A stretch of 64,000 nucleotides of DNA from Chrysomallon squamiferum (lineage: Eukaryota; Animalia; Mollusca), in NCBI GenBank assembly GCA_012295275.1, contig CM022666.1, forward strand, positions 3,162,001 to 3,226,000, in the 5' to 3' direction. Shown piece by piece: positions 57,600 to 64,000 of the stretch (its first letter is position 1; each line of letters begins with the position of its first letter). Position numbers and translations under genes: made by a program. The notes below the pieces were generated by a model. The model was given only the letters and a program-made list of their open reading frames with translations. It made no database searches and was not told the origin of the DNA.

Positions 57600-58309
57600 G
57601 TATGAATGTATGTATTTATGTATGTACATATATATGTATGTAGGTATGTATATCTGTCTATGTATGTATCTATGCATGTTTATATATACGGTTATATTTA
57701 TATATACATATGTATTTATGTATGCTTTTATGTATGTATGAATTTATGTATGTATGTGTGTATGTGTATGTATGTGTATTATGTATATCTATGTATGTGT
57801 ATCTGTATATATTTATGTATGTATGTATGTGTATCTATATGTGTGTGTATGTATATGTTTATCTATTTATGCTCTAATATTATATGTATGTGTATTTGTT
57901 TGTATGTATTACTTAAGTGTCTAATGTAATTTAAATTATCCCGCAAGCAACAATTTACCGTTTACGTTTTCTTATATTTTATTTCTCTCTCAGTTGTAAT
58001 AATGTTTTTATCATAATTCCTAAAATATTACAGTGATCTTTTTTTTTTTTGTATTGCTACATCGTACTGACACGCCTAGGTTTCCATGGTGATTACGTCA
58101 CTGTACAGTAAACTCATATATCCGTGTATATAAAACGTTATCTTCATTTTGGCTTTGTTATTTCACTGAAGCGAAAAAACATTAAACAAAATAGGACACA
58201 GTTTCTGATCATTATGTCTTCCTTAGCTTGGGGGCATTACAGGTCAGTTTATCATTAGCTGTATTCTTGTATTGTTGTTTATTATTAATCCGTGCATGTG
58301 TGTGTGTTT

Positions 58310-58347
<38 letters not shown>

Positions 58348-58650
58348 AGTACTACTATTACTACTACTACTGCTGTAACTACTTTTACAACTACTACACC
58401 CACTACCACCGCTGCTATTACTATTACTACTGCTACTACAACCACTCCTATCAATACCGTCATTTACTACTACTGCTACTCTTGTTACTACGTTAATACC
58501 ACCGTTAGTCCTACTACTTTTAATAATAAAAATACAATAGCAAAAGTAATAACAACACCTCCACTAAGAACATCAACAATAATAACGAACAAACAAACAA
58601 ATAAATAAATAATATATATATGTATGTATGTATGACTTTATGTATGTATG

Positions 58651-58684
<34 letters not shown>

Positions 58685-60225
58685 TGTATGTATGTATGTA
58701 TGTATGTATGCATGCATGTATTATATACATTTGAGTACATAAATATGCAATAATACAGTTCGGTATTCGAAGACAGTGAAGAGATATCTATAGAGAATAA
58801 CCAAAAAAAAAAAATAATAATAATAATAATAAAAAAAATAAAAAATAAATAATAATAAAAAAAATAACCACACCCAACGATCCAAACCCACCCACCCACC
58901 CCGCATCCGTCACCATAACAACCACATCTCTTTTGTCTCAACCCTGCAAGAGACGTATAGGACAAATACGTCAAAAAAAAAAATTAAAAAAAAAAATTAA
59001 TAATAATAATAAAACAAAAAGATTGAGAATCTCTGGAAAATTTTCGCGAAACCAAACCATTCTGGGCAGTCCACTTCATCGACAATGTCGCCAATGGTGG
59101 TTATTTATGAACGAAGTCATAGAACTTTTTATTTTTTTTTATAGACAAAAAAAAAAAAATAATAATAATTTTAATATTTTTATCTGTCATTCGTTTCCTA
59201 CCTGATGGGTTCCTCTGACATGCGCACTCAGCCGGAAACCCATAAACTATGACGTCAAGCTGTTTAATATTGTTTTTCAGCGGCAGTTGTCCGTGCGGGC
59301 ATTCGTGAACAATGAAAAATGGACGAGAGGGTTTTTTTTTCTTAAAGATCTCATTGTTAGAATGCGAAATATTTTTTCCCCATTTCTTTTATTTATTTAT
59401 TTATGTCTGTTTGTTCGTTTGTTATGTCTCAGTGTAGTATGTCTATTAATCCGGGTAATGTGATTTTACCGGTCTGTCTGTCTGTTTGTCTGTGTGTCTG
59501 TCTGTCTGTCGGTTTGTCTCTGCGTGTAAGTACCTGTCTGTCACATCTTCGGTGTCTGTAATTGTATTGGTTTTCTGTCCGTATGTGTGTCTGTCGCAGA
59601 ATAATATTTAATAGGTTAAAATTTCCCAGTTATGTTCAAAATATGTATTAAGATTCCATTCTCTGCATACAGCTTTTTTTTTTTTTTACTGATGTTTGTG
59701 TGTGAAGGATAAAAAGTGTATTTTTGTTGTTGTTGTTTTAATGCTCTATTTTTATGTTTAAACATTTTAACATTCTGATAATTTATGAAAATCTGAATAC
59801 TATAAAACTACAAATTCTCCAAAAAATTGTGAAAAAGAGCAAATATTACGAAAACTCCCAAAGAAAACGTAGAAAGTACAGTCTAGCATCATAGCAAACA
59901 AAATGCATATTTATTTATTTGGTCAAAAACGTTTTTTTAATGCAAATGATATTTCACAAAATAATTTCAAGCAGAAATTTATAAATTTAGAGATAATAAT
60001 AATAACCAAACAGTGCATATCAAAGCCAGACACTGATTTCAGTGATACATATTTATTTTCATTTTTCATCTGTTTTATGTTTTCCATAGTTTTCTGCATT
60101 TTACAGAAGAAATTTGGTTCACTAGCGCTAGATGAAAGGAAATTTCTTTTGGAAAGCTTATATAGATACATATCTGTTTTCTTAATAAATTAAATATGTA
60201 CATAATTATATAGTTGTTGTGTGTG

Positions 60226-60347
60226 TTTATATATGCATATATATGTATATGTAATTATATATGTGTATGAATAAAAATGTATGCATATATATTATTTGTA
60301 TTTATATATGCATATATATGTATATGTAATTATATATGTGTATGTAT
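60226..60347. repeat. Direct repeat of an AT-rich ~45-mer, 75-bp period
   Basis: TTTATATATGCATATATATGTATATGTAATTATATATGTGTATG at 60226 and 60301. Confidence 0.85.
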
Positions 60348-60752
60348 AAATGATATTATTTTAATTGTAACTGCTAATACAGAATCGTTTATTCTGTTTT
60401 AATTTCGTAAAATTTTGTTATTTATTATTTACCGTAAAGCGTTCATATAACAGGAAAATATAAATAATAATTTTATGTATTTCTCCATCAAGATTGGCTC
60501 ATATTGAAAAGAATAAATTTAACCGGATATTTCATCTGTTAATAAATTCAAGGATTCTATTTTTATTTCGGTATATTTATGCTTTATTTTTATAAAAGAG
60601 TATTACATTTATGTATGATATTTTCAGGTATCAAAAATACATATCTTTTCTTCATATATATATATATATATATAACAGAAACAGTATATATATATGTGTA
60701 ATATATATATATATATATAAATAAATAGATAGCTATACAGATGGAAAGATAC

Positions 60753-60817
60753 ATAGATATAAAACAGCAATAACAATTATATATATATATATATTATTGC
60801 TGTTTTATTTTATCTAT
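60753..60817. repeat. AT-rich inverted repeat (hairpin/cruciform)
   Basis: ATAAAACAGCAATAA 60759-60773 pairs perfectly with TTATTGCTGTTTTAT 60794-60808. Outer ATAGAT/ATCTAT extend the stem, and the loop is mostly (AT)n. Confidence 0.85.
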
Positions 60818-61126
60818 AAACTTTGTGCTCGCAAAGGATAAATATGGATATTTTTAAATGTTTAGCTAAATTGTTTTAGATTATATTTATTTTATTTCTT
60901 TAAAAAATTAATAATTTTTCTTAACTACTTAATATCCTACTCAGTGATCAGTAACATGTTAGCAGTTTTGAATTATAAATGTTTGCATTTAATTAGCAGA
61001 TAAACAAACTCAGTTTTTCATCTTTTTGTGAAATATACACGAAACAATAATTTAAAATATAACAGAGGAAGAAATCCAATTTTTTTATATTCGTTATTTA
61101 TGTTCCAGTTTGTTTATAGATTTACA

Positions 61127-61158
<32 letters not shown>

Positions 61159-61507
61159 GTAAATAAATAAATAGATAGATAAATAAACAAATTAAATAAA
61201 ACAAAATAAATAAATAAAATAAAATAAATAAATAGATAAGCAGATAATAAAATAAATTTAAAACAAAACAAACTTCAAACAGTCAAAACAGCAAAAAGAA
61301 ACAGAAATACCTTCGTTGAATTTATGAAAGACATTTATTAAAAAGTTATCAAATAGTATAAAACACATATAAAGCAAATAATATTGAAATATATAAAATA
61401 AAAAATGTCTGATTAACTAGATTAGAATGAAACAAAACAAAATGATATAAAATAAAATAAAACGAACCAATATACTAATAAATAGTAAACAAAACAAAAC
61501 AAAATAA

Positions 61508-61568
<61 letters not shown>

Positions 61569-62261
61569 TAAAATTAAAGTAAATTAAGATATTTGTATAT
61601 CAGCTTCTGAAATTATTAGTATTTTAAATATTTTCGTTTATTATTAGTTCTCTCACTTTATTTAAATATATATATATATTGTATATATTATTATATTTAT
61701 AATTCTATAATTTTAGAAATATTGTATAAATGTTTTACTAGAGACCATATATTTAACAATATGGAATTTTTTAAGAAGAGAATAGTTGCAATGTATATTT
61801 ATCATTATCTTATTATTACCATTACTGTATAGAAAATAATTTTTGAAATATTTTATACTACTCTTATTTTAAACTCTAAATAATACCAAATGACATTTTA
61901 AAACGAAACTGTATAACTTTATGGAAAATAAACGCGACTTGAACAAAAGAAAATCACTCCTAGAATGAAATTAACGACATGTCCATTAGGTAATTATAAC
62001 TATTTAAAAATTTGTAATAAAATAATAAATAAATTTCAAAGTCTAATATAAAAAAGTTAATTCAAATAATCTATTTAATTTTTTATACTGTTACATTATA
62101 TAGGTATTAAATTATATTATATTAAATTATATTATATTATATTATATTATATTATATTATATTATATTATATTATATTATATTATATTATATTCGTTTGA
62201 TTTAGACAAAATAAATAAATAAATAAATAATATTAAATAAAATTATGTAAAATATAAATAA

Positions 62262-62300
<39 letters not shown>

Positions 62301-62316
62301 AACCACCAAAATCAAA

Positions 62317-62360
<44 letters not shown>

Positions 62361-62449
62361 TAAATTATCAAATAGTACAAAACTCGAATAAAGTAAAGTA
62401 ATACTAAAATATATAAAATAAAAAATGTCACATTAACTAGATTAAAATG

Positions 62450-62513
<64 letters not shown>

Positions 62514-62902
62514 CAATAATCATAACAAACAAACAAACAAACAAAAAAGTCACGTACATTTAACAAAACATACATTATCCATTAAAAAAAATAATAAAAA
62601 AAAAAAAAAAAAAAATAAAAAATAAAAATAATAATCATACTAATAACAAACAATCAAAACCAATTACATTAATAACAGTTATTCCCGTTTTACTGAGACG
62701 CCCCACACCTAACAAACCATATTTTTCTTTCTACTCGAAAACCGAAACAAGATTAATGTTTATACGCTCAAGAACAACGATTCCCAATGTGCACGTTTAG
62801 AAAAAACTCCAGTATCGCTGGCAACTATAATTATGTGTATTCTCAGAAAACAAAAGCTTCAGTGCCTACAAGCCCGTCAAATCGAAAGTTGAAAAGTTTC
62901 CT

Positions 62903-62925
62903 CGCGCGCGCGCGCGCGCGCACGT
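62903..62925. repeat. (CG)9 alternating purine-pyrimidine tract
   Basis: CGCGCGCGCGCGCGCGCG 62903-62920 continued by CACGT. Confidence 0.95.
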
Positions 62926-63402
62926 TCCCGCGATAGTTGGAAGTTGCAGTCTCGATTGCCCAAATTGAAATTGATTACCGCCGTTATCGTCCATGCCTAA
63001 TGAAATCAGCAACATTATATGAAATAAATTACATTAATAATTATTGACAGTGACACTGCTTCTGCTTCTGTTGAGCAAAGATAATAGTGTTAAATAATAA
63101 AATAAAATAAAAAAAAAGTTGTTTATAAAAAAAAAAAATAAAAAAATTAAAAGAAGAAGAAGAAGAAAGAAAGAATAAAAAAAAAAAAAGTATAATAATA
63201 ATGAAAAAAAAAGTAAAAAAGAAAATAAAAAGATAAAGAGAAAAAAAAAATAGAAATTAAAAAAAAAAAGTAAAATAAATAAATAACGGTACGGTTAATG
63301 ATGATTAAAAAAATTAAATTAAGGAAATTAATCGAGCATAATTTCAATTTTATTTTTTTTTCCCCTAATATTGCTGTGGTTTTTTTTTTTTTTTTTTATG
63401 AA

Positions 63403-63495
<93 letters not shown>

Positions 63496-63546
63496 TTATT
63501 ATTATTATTATAATTATTATTAATAATAATTTTCTAATTTATTAAT

Positions 63547-63589
<43 letters not shown>

Positions 63590-63721
63590 TTATTATTATT
63601 ATTATTAATTTATTTACTAATTTATTAATTAATTATTATTATTTATTTATTTATTTATTATTATTATTATTTTATTTATTTATTTATTAATTTATTATTT
63701 ATTTATTTATTTATTTATTTG

Positions 63722-63770
<49 letters not shown>

Positions 63771-63952
63771 GTTGTTGTTGTTGTTGTTGTTGTTACTACT
63801 TCTCACTATTTCTCCATCTCATTTTCACACATACACTCAAACACACACCTAGATACACAAACACTCATAAATAACAAAAATTTAAAAAAAATAAAACTCC
63901 CAACCTTTTCATTCTTTCTCGTGCTTATTTTAATTTCATTTTTATTTTATTT

Positions 63953-63993
<41 letters not shown>

Positions 63994-64000
63994 TTCTCAT

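Overview
This window is AT-rich animal (invertebrate-like) nuclear DNA saturated with microsatellites. There is no prokaryotic gene organisation, and almost all ORFs in the supplied track are microsatellite artefacts. The only well-supported coding sequence is the 3' end of a + strand spliced gene: a phase 1-1 thrombospondin type-1 (TSP1) exon (1521-1691), a phase 1-1 LDL-receptor class A exon (2354-2554), and a terminal exon (3363-3433) missed by the ORF track that encodes a GPI-anchor-like hydrophobic tail. A ~190-bp inverted repeat pair (2069-2266 / 7363-7548) brackets the LDLa and GPI exons. The remaining ~55 kb looks like a large intron or regulatory landscape: CpG-rich islands of a few hundred bp separated by SSR blocks, several promoter-like motif clusters, and one 35-nt exon candidate with an ATG (17152-17186). 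The most unusual signals are degenerate tandem arrays in which only a transcription-factor-like core stays invariant: six TGACGTCA (CRE) at ~44-bp period, four TACGAACAAT (SOX-like) at ~42-bp period, ATTTGCAT octamers and TYCG in 10-bp phase, and a duplicated YY1/Pho + (GA)n module. All motif assignments are by eye, uncorrected for multiple testing, and are hypotheses. A mollusc origin is a weak impression only.
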